Shown here piece by piece: positions 1-13,606 of a DNA stretch of 64,000 nt. The position numbers and the translations under genes are program-made. This stretch comes from the human T2T-CHM13v2.0 reference genome, Homo sapiens: assembly GCF_009914755.1 (NCBI RefSeq), contig NC_060932.1. One strand, 5' to 3'. The notes under the pieces were generated by a model, which worked only from the letters and a program-made list of their open reading frames with translations, was not told where the DNA came from and did not search any database. How positions within the stretch are numbered: position 1 is the stretch's first letter; the number at the start of each line of letters is the position of its first letter.

Positions 1-68
1 AGGATTCATTCATATTGGGATCCAGAAATACATATTGTGGATGACAGTGGCATACACACTCCTTTTGG

Positions 69-508
69 TGTTAAGAGGAAACCTTTAGACAAATTAAATA
101 TGTAACAGTTTATTTGAGCAAAGAATGATTCATGAATCAGGCAGTACTCAAAACTAGAAGAGGTTTGGAGAGCCCCAACCAGCCATGTGAGCAGTGAGTT
201 CTTATAGGCCAAACAAGGGAGCAAAGTGTAGAAATTACCTGATTGACCAGTAAGGTATCTGCCTTATTTGCAAATGGTGTGATAAAACATCTGCCTTTAT
301 AGCACGATTCAATCAGTTGACTCCCTGTGATTGGCTGAAGCTTAGCTGTTTGTGATTGGCTAAAATCCAGCTGTTTGTTACAAAACGTATACTCCTGAGT
401 TAGGTTTCTGTTTGTTTACACACAAAGTTAAGTTGTGGTTTGTTGATTAGGAACTCAAAGTACTGAGACAGCCTCAGGCTAGTGGCCTCCTGCTTGTTTA
501 ATTTAACA
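69..508 (-). mobile_element. Solo ERV1 LTR, MER57-like (MER57E-type)
   Basis: TG...CA termini (tgttaag...atttaaca); minus strand begins TGTTAAATTAAACAAGCAGGAGGCC; near-perfect 4-bp TSD ttgg/atgg; subfamily from recalled consensus. Confidence 0.65.
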
Positions 509-621
509 ATGGGAATTTATTATTAAAAGGTAATTATTAACTATTTAGAGGTAGAATTACTAGGCAGTCAATGACAGAAAGCTGACTTTGCTGTCAAAGT
601 GACTTTCAATAAACTTCAGAT

Positions 622-786
622 TAGTGTTTTTCAAACTTTAATATGTGCACAGATCTCCTGGGGAGCTTATTAAAATGCAGATTCCAATTCAGAGGGTCTT
701 GAGTGTGGCCTGAGATTCTGTGTTTCTAACAAGCTACCAGCTGATCCTAATGATACTGGTTCATGGACCACAATTTGAACAGCAAG
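622..786. mobile_element. MER5A-type hAT-Charlie MITE
   Basis: agtgtttttcaaactttaa...gcttattaaaatgcagattcc...tgagattctgtgtttctaacaagct...ggaccacaatttgaacagcaag resembles the MER5A consensus. Confidence 0.75.
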
Positions 787-2257
787 TTTACTGTTTGATA
801 TGTTTCTTTTTCTTTCAGAATGTGAAAAAAAAAAGTCACCAAACTGTAACTTTTCTATTGGGAAAAGTTTCTACTGGGAGAATTTAGCCCCCATTTTAAA
901 GCATTAATTCATTCATCTAAGGGCTTATTTCAATGAGATAAACTACAAAGCTGTGTATGATCTTTGGTCATAATATACTTGATTTATTAAATTTAGCAAC
1001 CAATCGCATGTTGCACTTAATGTGCATAGCATGTCTGTTTGAAATTTTTTTGGTATATTTTAATTTAGGATCTTTTAAAGAAGTCCAACCAGTAGTTATT
1101 ATCTTAAAAAGTTCCATTTTAATTAGGTACTAAATCAGATAAGAAAAAGAGAGAAAGAGGTAGCTTGCTAAGTTTAGGAGTTTCCAGGCTTGTAACTTAA
1201 CCAGGTAATGGTAGTATTTTGTAAAATCATTTTCTCTTAGTTTGTGTTATATAACTTACAATAATTTGGAAGGCAGCTATGGCCACCACTATACCACCAA
1301 CACAGAACTTAATAATTTGAACAGAGGAGAACAAAAGAATTTTGGCAATGTGCATATTGTATGCTCCCTCTCCCACTAGCCCCAGAACTCCACTGGCTAC
1401 TCTCTAATATGCCAAAGGCAGCCTGACCCAAGGAAGTCTGTTGGGAATGTTTCTCATGGGCTCAGAAGTCTGTATGCTCAGTCACCCAAATTGCCAGTCA
1501 TACCAAAAGCTGTCAAAGTACGTTTTAGGCAAAAAATTGATACATAAGTTTGGATTTTAGATTCTAAAGAGGCTAGGACATCCCAATTGCTCGAATTAAA
1601 GAATTTTACTGAGAATTTTACTTCTGGATCTAAAAGCAGTAAACATGTAGCTTTGATCTGGGTTAAAATGATGAAGGGCTTCTCTGTAATACTCATTTTT
1701 TTTTTCCCAAACACATTTTAAGACAATCATTGGTATAGTGTATGCATAGTCTAGATGGCCTATAAATTCTCTCTAAATGTGTGAGAGCAGAAAATGTTCA
1801 AAAGTAAAGATGAATATTTGGAGATGAAGCAACTGAAAACCTAGAGCAAATGGATTCTGATAGACTTAAAAAAAATCTCTGCAAAATTGCATTTTGAACT
1901 TGTGAGTCCCTTTTGAGTTTTTGCACTTAATTTCTTTCTCTAGCATAGCTGAAATTACCCATATGATACAGCTACATCTAAGTGTACTTATTTGATGCTA
2001 GTGTGGATCTGGCCTCAGGATAAATAATAAATGTTTGAACCATAGGCTCTTTGAAAATATGTATTTAACATTAGAATAAATGAAATTATTCTTGTTATGA
2101 CTATAAAACCCATATTTTCTCTGAGCTCCAAGGTCTGTTGAATGAGATGCTCCTTGTGTTTTTTTTTAAGTCAGCCCTATAGTTATTGTTTTACCAATTT
2201 ATTCTAAAAAATAAAAATAAAACTTACACTATCTGAAAAGAAACCTCACAATAATAC

Positions 2258-2617
2258 TGTATTAGTCTGTTCTCACACTGCTAATAAAGACACAACTGAG
2301 ACTTGGTAATTTTTAAAGCAAAGAGTTTTCATTGACTCACAGTTCCACATGGCTGAGGAGGCCTCATGATCATGGTGGAAGATCAAGGGACATCTTACAT
2401 TGTGGGAGGCAAGACAGAATGAGAGCAAAGTAAAAGGGGAAATGCTTTATAAAACCATCAGATCTCCTGACACTTATTCACTACCACAAGAACAGTATGG
2501 GGGAAACTACCTCCATGATTCAATTATCTCCCACCAGGTCTCTCCTACAACACATGGGAATTATGGGAACTACAATTCAAGATGAGAGTTGGGTGGGGAT
2601 TCAGCCAAACTATGTCA
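2258..2617 (-). mobile_element. THE1 (MaLR) solo LTR
   Basis: tgtattagtctgttctcacactgctaataaagaca...gggtggggattcagccaaactatgtca; 5-bp TSD aatac/aataa. Confidence 0.9.
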
Positions 2618-2627
2618 AATAACCTGT

Positions 2628-2930
2628 CATTTGTTTATTCAGTAAGACAATATACACTGAGCACCAACTGTGTGCTAAGTGCAAGTCAGAGAGGGCCTCT
2701 GTGCTCAGAGCTTGGTGGTGCTGACAGGGTCTGAGTAAGAGGTGGTAAGTGCAGTGTAGGGGGTGTCAGAGGAAGACTTCAGGGCAGGGGTAGTTGCATT
2801 GAGAGTGCTTACATTGAGGGCAGATGGTGTACTGGAAGATCAGAGAAGCAGAGGAGGCTTTCTTGAGGAAGGAATGTTTAAGTTGAAGGATAAGAGTTGT
2901 CCAGAAGAAGAGAAAGATTATCTGAGGCAA
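2628..2930 (-). mobile_element. L2 3' fragment
   Basis: catttgtttattca...ctgagcaccaactgtgtgctaagtgc and ggctttcttgaggaagg motifs; very diverged. Confidence 0.45.
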
Positions 2931-3828
2931 AAAGAACCATATCTGATAATTCTTCATGTTGTTGATTATCTAAATGCTGTCAAAGCCACCTTAGCTGATA
3001 CTCTAATTGCCCAAGTTGTTAGTTGTCACCAGAAACTTGTTGAAAAAATTTTTTTCAAAACCTTTAAATGATCTCCCCCATGGGTGTCAAGATGGGAGTG
3101 ATGGCTTGAGGTGGGAGAGGAGACAAAAAGGAAGAAAGGAAGAGAAAGAGAAGAAAGAGAAATAAAAAAGGCAAGGCGAGGGAGAAGTGGACATGCCAGG
3201 TCATAGGAGCAATATTTGGACCTTTTGGAAGTTTTATGAAGGAAGGAAGAAGAAAGTTTGTATTAATAGAAATCTAACATTGTCTCTGCCATGCTTTGGT
3301 CTTGTCCTTTGTACCCCAAATTAACCCCTCTACCATGACATAAAAAGGAAAGCCTGGATGGCTTGGGGTATTATTGTAGCCAAGTGATGACAATTTGTAC
3401 AAATTGGCTACAGGCATAAGATTTGCTTGCAGTAAAGTGGAAAGTTACAAGAAAGTTTCAAGTCTGAGTTAAAAAAAAATCCACTTATGATGATAACTGC
3501 CACTGAGTAATGGTAGATTATGCTAAAAGGAAGGTACTTTCGTTTTATGCTTCCTTCCTGATTGCTTTGGTTTGAAGCATCTGGGTATAGGTGCTGAGAA
3601 GGGGTGAATTGCTCTGCCTGGTAGAGATGTTCTAATTTAGAGTCACGGAGCAACCAGGAGTGAAGAAATTCAGAGAAAAAGAGGACAGGAAGGAAGCAAG
3701 AGGAGCCAGGAAATGATTGAAGAAAGGTATGCACTAAGTAAGGAGAAACTACAATGTTGGGGATGGGGGTGAGAACATTTTAAAAAAGAACTGTTAATGG
3801 ATTTCAAGTATGTTGTAATATGTGATAC

Positions 3829-4474
3829 TGTTACCAGAAGGAGGGCCTTGAGAGTGAGTTCTCCAGGTCCTTGGCGTTTTTAACAAAGAATTGGACAAAA
3901 CACACAAATAAGGTAACAAAGGAACAAAACAGCGAAGGCAGTGATTTAATAAAGCGAGAAAGCACTCCACAGGGTGGGAGTGGACCCGAGCAGGCGGCTC
4001 AAGGGCCCAGTTACAAAGTTTTCTAAGTTTGAAGTACTCCTTTTGAAGTCCCTATCAGTTATCCTTGTCTCGATGAAGGTCTTGTCTGTGGCTAATTAAA
4101 GGCTGAGGTGAATTGGAGTCCTATGCAGATGAAGGGATGGTCCCCGCTTGGCCCACAGCCATTCCAGGGCACCTTCCCTTTCTATCTGAGACATGGTGGA
4201 AGGGAGGGTTGTAGGGAGAGTAGCCTTTGATCCTTGCTACTTGGGCATGGGGAGATACGGTTTTTCCTTTTAGTTTAAGTTTTGGAAGCTGGTGTTAATT
4301 GGTCTTAGGGTCCCTGCCCCTAGACCCAGGTGTTTTCCTTTTGACCCAGCTTTGGGAAATCAGCACAGATTGGACTCAGATTCCCCGCCCCCAGCCTTTG
4401 GTGTTTTCTCTTTTAAGAAGTCAGCACAAATTGGCCTTAGATTCCTTGCCTCCAGACCCCATTCTCCTGCCTCA
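3829..4474 (-). mobile_element. MER51-family ERV1 solo LTR
   Basis: tgttacc...ccttggcgtttttaacaaagaattggacaaaa...cctccagaccccattctcctgcctca; TSD atac/atgc. Confidence 0.8.
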
Positions 4475-6295
4475 ATGCAACATCTCTTCAGGATATCCTC
4501 AGTATTTGGTAAATTCTAATTTCAAGTGCTCTGCATGGTTGCTTTCATTTAGTTCAGTTTTGTTGAGAAAATATTAGGAAAAGTTGGATTCATTTCTGGG
4601 TAAACAAGCCATAGAATAAAGAGAGCATTTAAAGAAGAATCACAGAAGGACAGGTGACATCAGAACAGAATCTTCTGGGGAACTGCTGAAAGGGAGAGCT
4701 TTACACTTTCATGGATTTCCATGGGACTGTATCAAGACCCTAAGGGACCAATGAGTCCCAGCTGGCATGACCATATGCAATGAAGGGAGAAAAGCCCATC
4801 TTTGATTTAAAAGTAGTAAGTTTCATTCAATTCAATTCAAAATGATATCGTTCAAAGTTTGTAAATTTCAGGTTTTGTTACTATTGGTGGCAGGAAATGT
4901 ACCTCCCTATGTCCTTAAATTGGAGCTTCTATTGTCCCAATTAGATGCCCCATTCATTACTTAGCACTATGGGACTAAAATCTACTTGAGAAGTTTGCAA
5001 TGAAAGGAAAAAGAAATTCTGAAAATTCACAGGCCATATTTTCTGTAAGTCTTGCTTGAGTGACCATATACCTGAATGGCTAGAACGATGTTTTTTCATT
5101 ATTTCTCAACAATTAGTAATAATTGTAGGTAGAGAGCATTTGAACCAAGGCAAGTTGTCTACAGAATGTGGAAATGGGGTTGAAAAAGGAGCTAGATGAG
5201 AGTCATCAAGATGAGGGTGTAGGAACTCCACGAATAGCTAATTTAGGAATGCTAAACAAAATCAAAGATCCGTTAAAATTAGATAATGTAGATTTGTAAT
5301 TATCCAGGTGTGTCACTAATTCAGCAATGTTCTGTGGGTGGAAAAAGTAGAGTGGTTAAAGTGGAAAATGGAAATTATTCATTCCTGGGAGCTGAGACAG
5401 TGAAGACAATGAATATTTTTTTGCCTGACAGGAGTTCAACAAATGTTTCTGAATTGAATTATAAATAGAAGGAATTTAGGCTATAAGTGAAAATGGAACA
5501 TGATATTTGATGATTATTTTATAAATACTTATTAATATATTGCTATATATTAAAGCTTGTCTTAAGATTATCCCAACTCTTTAATTTGCTTCTTTAATTT
5601 GAATTTGTACTTAGGAAGTAAATCTGTATCGTAATAATCATCTCTGAACAAGTTGACTTTCTTGCATGTTTCTATAGCTTGTCATATATTCTGGAAAATG
5701 TATTGCTACTTTAGCCTAAAGAATACATGTAAGTCCAACTGTTGATTTTTAGCTGTATATTTTTCTATTGCATTTTTGGAAATGTAAAGAGAAGACCTTG
5801 AGTTTGGCACAGACATTAATTTAGTAGAAACCGGGGAAATATTGCTTACCTCTCTCTAACCTTGAAATATTCTTTCTTATATTATAAGAGATGACAGGAT
5901 TTCAATATTGACTGTCAAGAGTTTATGATGGAACTTGTCTTGGACTCCTCAATTTTAACCTTGGATGTGTTTGGGAATGTGTGGGACAAAGTCAGCACTC
6001 TTGGTTAGCAAAAGACAAAGCCTGGAATTTGCCAACTTATATCCTGGAGCGAGAATTTACCCATAGTTATTTCCCTCGTTTGGTACTAGTGATAATTAAG
6101 CTAAGCTTAACAGATGGAGTTAACTTAGTGTACTTAGTGTGACTGAATTTAATTAGTATTTTTATGAGTGAGGCTGACTTCAGTTTTTATTTTTAAAAAT
6201 GATGGAAGAATCTTACAGCAAACATCTTTAGAAAGAGTCTGTATATTACTCTGGTTCTAATTACTACCTAGTAAAATATATACGGGCTTACCAAA

Positions 6296-6297
<2 letters not shown>

Positions 6298-6337
<40 letters not shown>
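6298..6337. repeat. (GT)20 microsatellite
   Basis: Uninterrupted GT dinucleotide run. Confidence 0.97.
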
Positions 6338-6341
<4 letters not shown>

Positions 6342-6442
6342 GTCTGTATGTGATGGTGGGATTGGGGGTAAAGGCAGTAAAGAAAGATTTTGGGAACTGA
6401 TAAAGGAAAAAAGTTTGTAAGAGCTATAATACAGGAATATAT

Positions 6443-6592
6443 GCACTTTGGGAGGCCAAGGTGGGTGGATCACTCGAGGTCATGAGTTTGTGATCAGCCT
6501 TGCTAACATGGTGAAACACCCTCTCTACTGAAAAAAATACCAAAAAAAAAAAAAAAGAATTAGCCAGGTGTGGTAGAGGGCACCTGTAATCC
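6443..6592 (+). mobile_element. Partial AluS (5'-truncated left arm, linker and start of right arm), interrupted by HERV9
   Basis: gcactttgggaggccaag...ttagccaggtgtggt...cacctgtaatcc, followed directly by the LTR12 terminus tgtgtctgg. Confidence 0.9.
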
Positions 6593-7018
6593 TGTGTCTG
6601 GAGTTGGTTCCTGCTGGTGGGTTCGTAGTCTCGCTGACTTCAAGAATGGAGCCACGGAACTTGGCAGTGAGTGTTACAGCTCTTAAAGATGGCAGGAACC
6701 CAAAGAGGGAGTGGTAGCAAGGTTTATTGCGAAGAGTGAAAGGACAAAGCTTCCACAGGGTGAAAGGAACCCAAGTTGTTTGCTGCTGCTGGCTGGGGTG
6801 ACCAGCTTTTATTCCCTTATTGTCCCCTCCCATGTTCCATTTCTGTCCTATCAGAGTGCGCTTTTTTCAATCCTCCCCATGATTGGCTACTTTTAGAATC
6901 CTGCTGATTGGTGAGTTTTACAGAGCGCTGATTGGTGCATTTTACAATCCTCTCATAAGACAGGAAAGTTCTCCAAGTCCCCACTTGACCCAGGAAGTCC
7001 AGCTGGCCTCACCTCTCA
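6593..7018 (-). mobile_element. LTR12-family 3' LTR of the HERV9 provirus
   Basis: Minus strand TGAGAGGTGAGGCCAGCTGG...CCAACTCCAGACACA; CCAAT repeats (gctgattgg); polypurine tract (gagaggggagat) immediately upstream. Confidence 0.92.
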
Positions 7019-7172
7019 ATCTCCCCTCTCAACTGCTGTTGAGAACTGGGCAATGACTGCTCTAGCTACTTCCTGCTGGATAGGGGTGAAGAAGGGGCCC
7101 TGCAGTTGTAGTGTCCTCCAGAGGGGAACTCTTTAGACCAGTCAAAGGGCCAGTGGGTCGGTCCAGGTGTCC

Positions 7173-8540
7173 TCAGTAGAAGTTTTGAGTTGAGCTCATT
7201 TGGGGTTCCAGTTGTAAGACCATCTGTAGCTTGATGGCCTTGATCCTGGGGGAAACAAATTTGACAAGGAGGTTAAAAATACAGGGCCTAAAGGCAAGTA
7301 ATACCAAGATGGCTGTCATGGGACCTAGAAAGGGGAGACGCCATGTCACCCAACTCCAGAGGTTGGTGTCAGAGTTTGAAAGGCATTGTCTGATTTCAGA
7401 AGCCTTTTCCTGTAAACACCAGGTGGGTCTCATACTATCCCTGACTGGTTGGTGTAAAAACAACACTCTTTCCCCTAAGAAGGTGCAGAGTACTCCCCTC
7501 TCAGCAGTGAGGAGGTCCAGGCCCCAGCAGTCTTGGAGAGTCACCGCTGCCAAAGACTCCACCTGGGATTGCAGAGTAAGGACAGACCCTGTCATTTCCC
7601 ACAAACTGTATGAGAAATCCTTTGAGAGTGTGTGGTAGTAGGATAATGAAGTAGATAAACTGGCTATTCTGGCTTCTGTAGCAGTAGCCATTCCTAACTG
7701 TGTAAGTAGGGGTATTAGTTTTATGGCCCTCTACTGATAGACTTGAGCTTTGAGGGGCACTGATAGGGTCTGATTTCCTGGGGCAATGTCAATGTTGGGA
7801 CTTAGGAAGACTAAGGTTCAGGTGCCTGTGCAGTTGGTGGGGAGGAAGATATAGGCTGAAGTTCCACATAAGAATATGCCTTGGCTGGGTAGACAGAACT
7901 GGTTGTATATGTTAAAGAGGTGTGTGAGTTTGTTGTTTTCATTTTCCCATACTCCTAGAGTACTTGCCAAGGTAGCTCTGGTGAGCAGCTGGAAAGGGGT
8001 GTTGGGAGCAAACTGAGTGGCTCTGTATTCTATTTTCCCATTGGAGAAAAAACCATTTTGTATTTACTAGGAACCATTCAAGAGAGTAACTGAAAGAGGG
8101 GATAAGAAGGCATTCATTAGTGGGGGAGGCGCTGCTGCAGGGGGTCCAGGGGTGAATGGTCATGCAGGGAGTATGCTTGCCATTACAAAACCCAGACTGT
8201 TTGTTAAACAGGGAGAAGGTGATGATTTTTGGGGGCCCTGAGAAGCGGACAAGCTGTTTGAGTGGACCTGTTTAGGTGACTCTGAAGTTACTATGATCAG
8301 TTGGGGCTTGAAGTTGTAGGGTGTAATTACATTGATGGGATAGTAGGTGCCCCAGGGGCAGGCCTGGTAACAGGTTGTGTTGGATGCATAAAGGGGCTTG
8401 GAAAGTTAAGACAGTAAACATGGTTGATGTGATTAGGATTTTCGTCCTGGCAGGAGCTACAGTGTATAGTCCTACTGCAAAGAGTATGGTTAGTATACTG
8501 CTTAATAATGTAATGATACAATAAAATGATTCCATCAAAG
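7173..8540 (-). pseudogene. HERV9 env remnant (SU/TM)
   Basis: ORF 7173-7691 has a degenerate immunosuppressive domain LQDCWGLDLLTAERGVLC and a TM anchor (FLGPMTAILVLLAF); frameshifts and stops are present. Confidence 0.88.
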
Positions 8541-8587
8541 GGACAAGGAGAGGTGTTAAAGATTACATAGGTTTTCACTTATATTTT

Positions 8588-11500
8588 TTAAGTAGGAAGG
8601 GGTTTTTCCTCAGGATAAGCTGTAGGAGCCTTTTGAGTCTGGGATATTTCCTTCTGAAATAGGAGACGTAAGTCCTCCAATAATTCACAGGTGTATCGAG
8701 GCTGGTCTGGCTGATTTTGGGACTCCTGAGCTGATGGTCTTGCAGGTTCCTCAGGGGGTGTCCAAAGTTTAACTCGGGTGTGGTGAATCCAAGATTCCAC
8801 TCTTGCCACCTTAACTGCAGTGGAAGTAGAGAGGATTACTGAGTATGGTCCTTCCCACAAGTAATCCATAGATGGGGAGGTAGAGGGAAGGGACTTGACC
8901 AATACTAGATCTCCTGGTTGGAACAGCTCTGTTCCCTTGTCTCTGTGACATCCTTCATTTAGGGTTTTAAGGTTTTGTTGATATCTTGCCAAAGAAGTTA
9001 TATCCTTGACCAAGTTGGCCGTTTCCTGATCAAGTAGGAAGTCATTTGTGAGAAAATGTCATCCATACAGCATTTCATATGGACTTACCCCCATTTTGTG
9101 AAGAGAATTTCGGATTCTCGACAAGGCCATGGGCAAGAGAATAGGACATGGGAGATGAGTTTCTTGTGTTAGTTTCCTTAAGTGCCTCTTGAGTATTTCA
9201 TTTACCTCCTTGACCTTCCCTGAGGATTGTGGTCTCCAGGCACAGTGAAGGTTATATTGTATCCCTAGCGCCCTGGAAATTCCCTGAGTTACCATGACTT
9301 TAAAAGCCAGACCATTGTCACTTTGTAAGCTTTGGGGGAGCCCAAATCTAGGAATTATTTCATGAATTAGGACTTTAACTACTTCCTGAGCCTTCTCTGT
9401 TTGCAGGCTTCTATCCAATTTGTGAAGGTATCAACGCAGACCAACAAGTATTGAAATCCCCTTGACTTAGGCATATGGGTGAAGTCTCACTGCCAATTGT
9501 CTCCGGGATAGTGCCCTATTTTTTGTTCCCCTAGAGGGGCCTTATGAGGGGCCAAGGGATTATTGTTTTGGCACACATCACAGGCTTTGACAACTTGTCA
9601 GATGGTCTGTAGGAGATTTGGCCCTGTAAATAGGGATTTGGCCATTTGATGAGTGTTCTCAATACCCATATGAAAAGTTTGGTGGAGAGTCTTAAGTATT
9701 TTCCACTGGCTGGCTTTGGGTATGAGTACCTTACCCTCTTCTGTCATTAACCACCCTGAGGGGAGAAAACTATCCCCCTGTGAAAGTCCCCATTCTTTTT
9801 CAGTCGGGAAATACTGGGGCTTAATCTCTTGGAGAGGGTTGTTCCATACCAAGGGTCCTTCCATAGGTATTTCTAATGGGAAGTTCTGCCTGGCAGCAAT
9901 TTTGGCATCAGCGTCTGCCCAATGGTTTTCTTCTGCCTTTTCTCCTTCACCATTTTGATGGCTTTGGCAGTGTAAGACTGCCACCTCTTTGGGTTTTTGC
10001 ACTGCATGCAATAACTCCATGATTTCTTTGTAGTATTTAATGGGGGTTCCCTCAGAGGTAAGGAACTCCCTTTCTTTCCATATTGTACCATGGGCATGTA
10101 GGATTAGAGAAGCATACTTGCTATCTGTAGACACATTTATTCTTTTTTCCCTTCTCAGTTCTAAGGTTCAGGTAAGCACCAGTAGTTCTGCTAACTGGGC
10201 GCTGGTCCCTGGGGGAAGAGGCTTACTTTCAAGTACTGTTACATCACTAACTATGGCATAACCTGCCCTTCATATCCCACTCTCCACAAATGAACTTCCA
10301 TTGGTATATAGGTTAAGGTCAGGATTAGCTAAAGGGACTTCTAAGAGATTCTCTCAGGCAGCATAAGTCTGGGCAACAGTTTGTTGGTAGTCATGCTCGA
10401 TTGGTTCCCCATCCTCTGGGAGAAAAATAGCAGGGTTGAAGGCTGCACACATGCGAATTTGAAGCATCAGTCCCTCAAGGAGTAGTGCTTGGTATCTAAG
10501 CAGGCAGTTGTCTGATAGTCATAAATTTCCTTTGGCAACTAGTATGCCATTTACATCATGAGTAGTCTAGATGGTGAGATCCTTTCCTTGTATTATTTTG
10601 ATAGCCTTTGATACTAAGATGGCCATTCCTGCAACTATCCGTAAACAGTGAGGCCAGCCATTTGCTACTACATCAATTTCCTTACTTAGGTATGCAACTG
10701 GCTGTGAGGTTGTCACACAAGTCTGAGTAAGGACTCCAAGAGCTATTCCCACTCTCTCTGTGACATATAAAGAGAAGTTTTGTCCTGTGGGAAGGCTTAA
10801 GGCTGGAGCTTGTACTAGGGCCTACTTTAAGGCTTTGAAGGCTGTTTCTATCTCTGGTTCCCATTCTCCTAGATGAGTATTTGCCCTCTGGGTCTCCTTG
10901 ATTAGAGTATAGAGTGGCCTGGCCATCTCGCTGTATCCAGGGATCCATAGTTGGCAAAAGCCAGTGATCCCAAAGAACCCCCGCAACTGTTTTAATGTCT
11001 TACAGCAAGGACAAGCCAGTATAGGCTGTATTTGTTCTTTGCTGAGGTCTCTGCTTCCTCTGGCTAAGATTAGGCCTAGATATTTGACTTGTTGTAGGCA
11101 GAGCTGGGTGTTTAATTTAGATGCCTTGTACCCTTGATTAGCTAGAAAGGTCAAGAGATCTAGAGTAGCCTGCTGGCAGGAGGCTTCCAAACTGGGAGCC
11201 AAAAGTAATTCATCCACATACTGAAGGACCAGAGTGCCTGGACTTGAGAAATGGCCTAGATCTTGGGCCAGTGCATGACCAAACAGATGAGGGCTATCCC
11301 TAAATCCTTGGGACAAGACTGTCCACATAAGTTGGGACATGTGGTCTGTGGGATCCTCAAAGGCAAAGAGAAACTGGGAGTCAGAGTGCAGAGGAATGCA
11401 GAAGAAGGCATCCTTGAGGTCCAGAACAGTGAACCATTCTGCTTCCTCTGGTATTTGAGAGAGCGGGGTATAGAGGTTGGTTACAGCTGGATATAGCGGA

Positions 11501-12150
11501 ATTACTCCCTCATTGATGAGTCTAAGATTTTGCACTAGTCTCCATTGACTGTTCAGTTTTTGTTCTCCTAGAATTGGGGTGTTGCAGGGACTCCTGCATT
11601 TTCTTACTAAGCCTTGAACTTTTAAATGTTTAACAATATCCTGTAATCCTTTACAAACTTCAGGGCTTAGGGGATATTGCCTTTGTAAGGAAAAGCGGTG
11701 GGGTCTTTTAGTCTGATTTGGATTGGGTGGGCATTTTTTGCCCTTCTGAATTGTCCTTCCAAGTCCTAGACTTCAGGGTTGTTTCCCTCCTCAAGTAGGG
11801 GACAACAAATGGGTAACTTATTCCCCATATTCATGTAGATAATAGCTCCAGCTTTGGCTAATATGTCCCTCCCTAATAAGGGTGTGGGACTTTCAGGCAT
11901 AACAAGAAAGGCATGTGAAAAGAGCAAAGTCTCCTTACAACTGAGGAGGTGGGAGAAATACCTGGTTACAGGCTGTCCCGGGATTCCTCAGATGGTAATG
12001 GACCTTGAGGACAACGTCCAGGGCAGGAGATTAACACTGATAAGGCCACGCCAGTGTCCAGGAAGAAGTCAATTTCCTGGCCCTCAGTGGTTAAACTTAC
12101 CTGGGGCTCAGTGAGGGTGATGACATGAGCTGGCGCTTGCCCTGAGGACC
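8588..12150 (-). pseudogene. HERV9 pro-pol remnant (protease, RT, RNase H, integrase)
   Basis: Protease LDTG near 12060; RT LDLKDAFF, QGFRDSP, YVDE (11220-11209); RNase H TDSKYA...HCQSHQ; IN SDNG...PQSSGKV; GPY/F WEGPY; split into many frames. Confidence 0.92.
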
Positions 12151-12151
12151 C

Positions 12152-13606
12152 TCAGTCCTGTTGTTGGATCATCTGGTTGGGGGCTTCTGGCCCAGAGAAC
12201 CTTTGTCCTCTTGGGCTGTGCACCTTCCAGTGATTGCCTCGGCATAGTGGACATGGGCAAGGGGGTGGCTTATTTCTCATTGCACATTTTTTTTTTAAGT
12301 GTCCTTGCAAGCCACACTGATAACAAGCCCTACTAGGTGATTGGCCTACTCCGTTTTCTGTCTTTTCTGAACCACAAAGGTTTGTTTGTCTGAGGGCCAT
12401 GACTAAGGCTGTGGCCTTTCTCTTATCTTGCTTTTCCTTTTCAGCCTGTTCCTTCCTCTTTGTCCCTATTATAGAACACCAAGGTTGCCAGGTTTAATAA
12501 TGCCTCCAAATTTTGTTCAGGGCCCAGGACTAGCTTTCGGAGGTTTCTCCTGGTACCTGTGGCTGATTCGGTAATAAGCTTACCTTTTAGGATCAATTGA
12601 CCCTCAAGGGAGTCAGGTTACAGGGGAGTATATTTTCTTAAGGCCTCCCCTAGCTGCTTGAGGAAAGCAGTAAGATTTTCTTCCTTTCCCTGAGTTATGG
12701 TGGGCATCATTGAATAATTCATGGGCTTTTTACTAATTCTACTTAGTCCTTCTAGAACACAGGTCAACAGATGTTTGAGACTCCAGTCTCCATGATCTGA
12801 GTCTAGGTCCCAATGGGGATCAATACTGGGGACAGCTTGCTGACCAGTAGGGAGTTTGTCCCTTTCTTTGGCTGTCATTCTGTCATTTACTTAAGATACC
12901 AGGTATCTCCAAAGTCTCGGGCTGCAGCTAAAGCCACATTCTTTTCATTAAAGGCCAGGGTTTGATCTAATAATAGCATGACACCTCTCCAAGTGAGGTC
13001 GAAGGTTTGCCCTAGACCCTGTAGGACATCTATATCCCTATCAGGATTATCTGAAAACTTCCCCAGGTCTACCTTGATCTGCTTTAAGTCAGAGAGGGAG
13101 AAAGGGACATGTATCCATGTTGGGCCAAATTCCCCTCCCCCTACAGCTTGAAGGGGACATAACCGATAGCCCAGGGGGTTTTTTGGTCCCTTGGAGATTT
13201 CTTTGCTTGTTTCCTTCTGGGTGGGGGAGATTAGAGGAGGCTTATCACTAACAGGAAGGGGAGCTGTAGGGAGGCTAGGATATGAAGGTAAACTGAGAGG
13301 TCCTCCTGTGGGATGTAGATTGCAAACTTTGCATAGTTGTGGATTATCCTTCAATGAAAGGAAAGCTTGGACATAAGGTATTTCACTCCATTTGCCTTCC
13401 CTCTTACAGAAAAGGTCAAGCTGCAGGAAAGCTGTAATTTATACTTCCCTGAGGTGGCCATTTTTTTTCCATCAGAGAGAGAATATTGGGGCCAGGCCAT
13501 AGTGCAGAAAAAAAATAAGCAGCTTCTTTTTCAGGGCTTGAGGGTCAAATTGTTCCCAATGGATTCATTTCAAGGGTGAGCTTCTTGATGCCTGAGTGTT
13601 TCCCAT
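12152..13606 (-). pseudogene. HERV9 gag remnant
   Basis: ATG GGA AAC ACT CAG at 13606; [11 protein letters not shown]...GKFSDNPD; major homology region QGKEENLTAFLKQL; zinc knuckle CYQCGLQGHLKKKC; ends QQQD*. Confidence 0.92.

Noticed and set aside
1478-3734. Short ORFs (78, 102 and 108 aa) as additional exons or genes
   Set aside because: No convincing splice-site pair or known motif; the 102-aa ORF overlaps an L2 remnant.
7173-7691. Syncytin-like env gene
   Set aside because: No signal peptide or intact SU, degenerate immunosuppressive domain, CX6CC lost through a frameshift.
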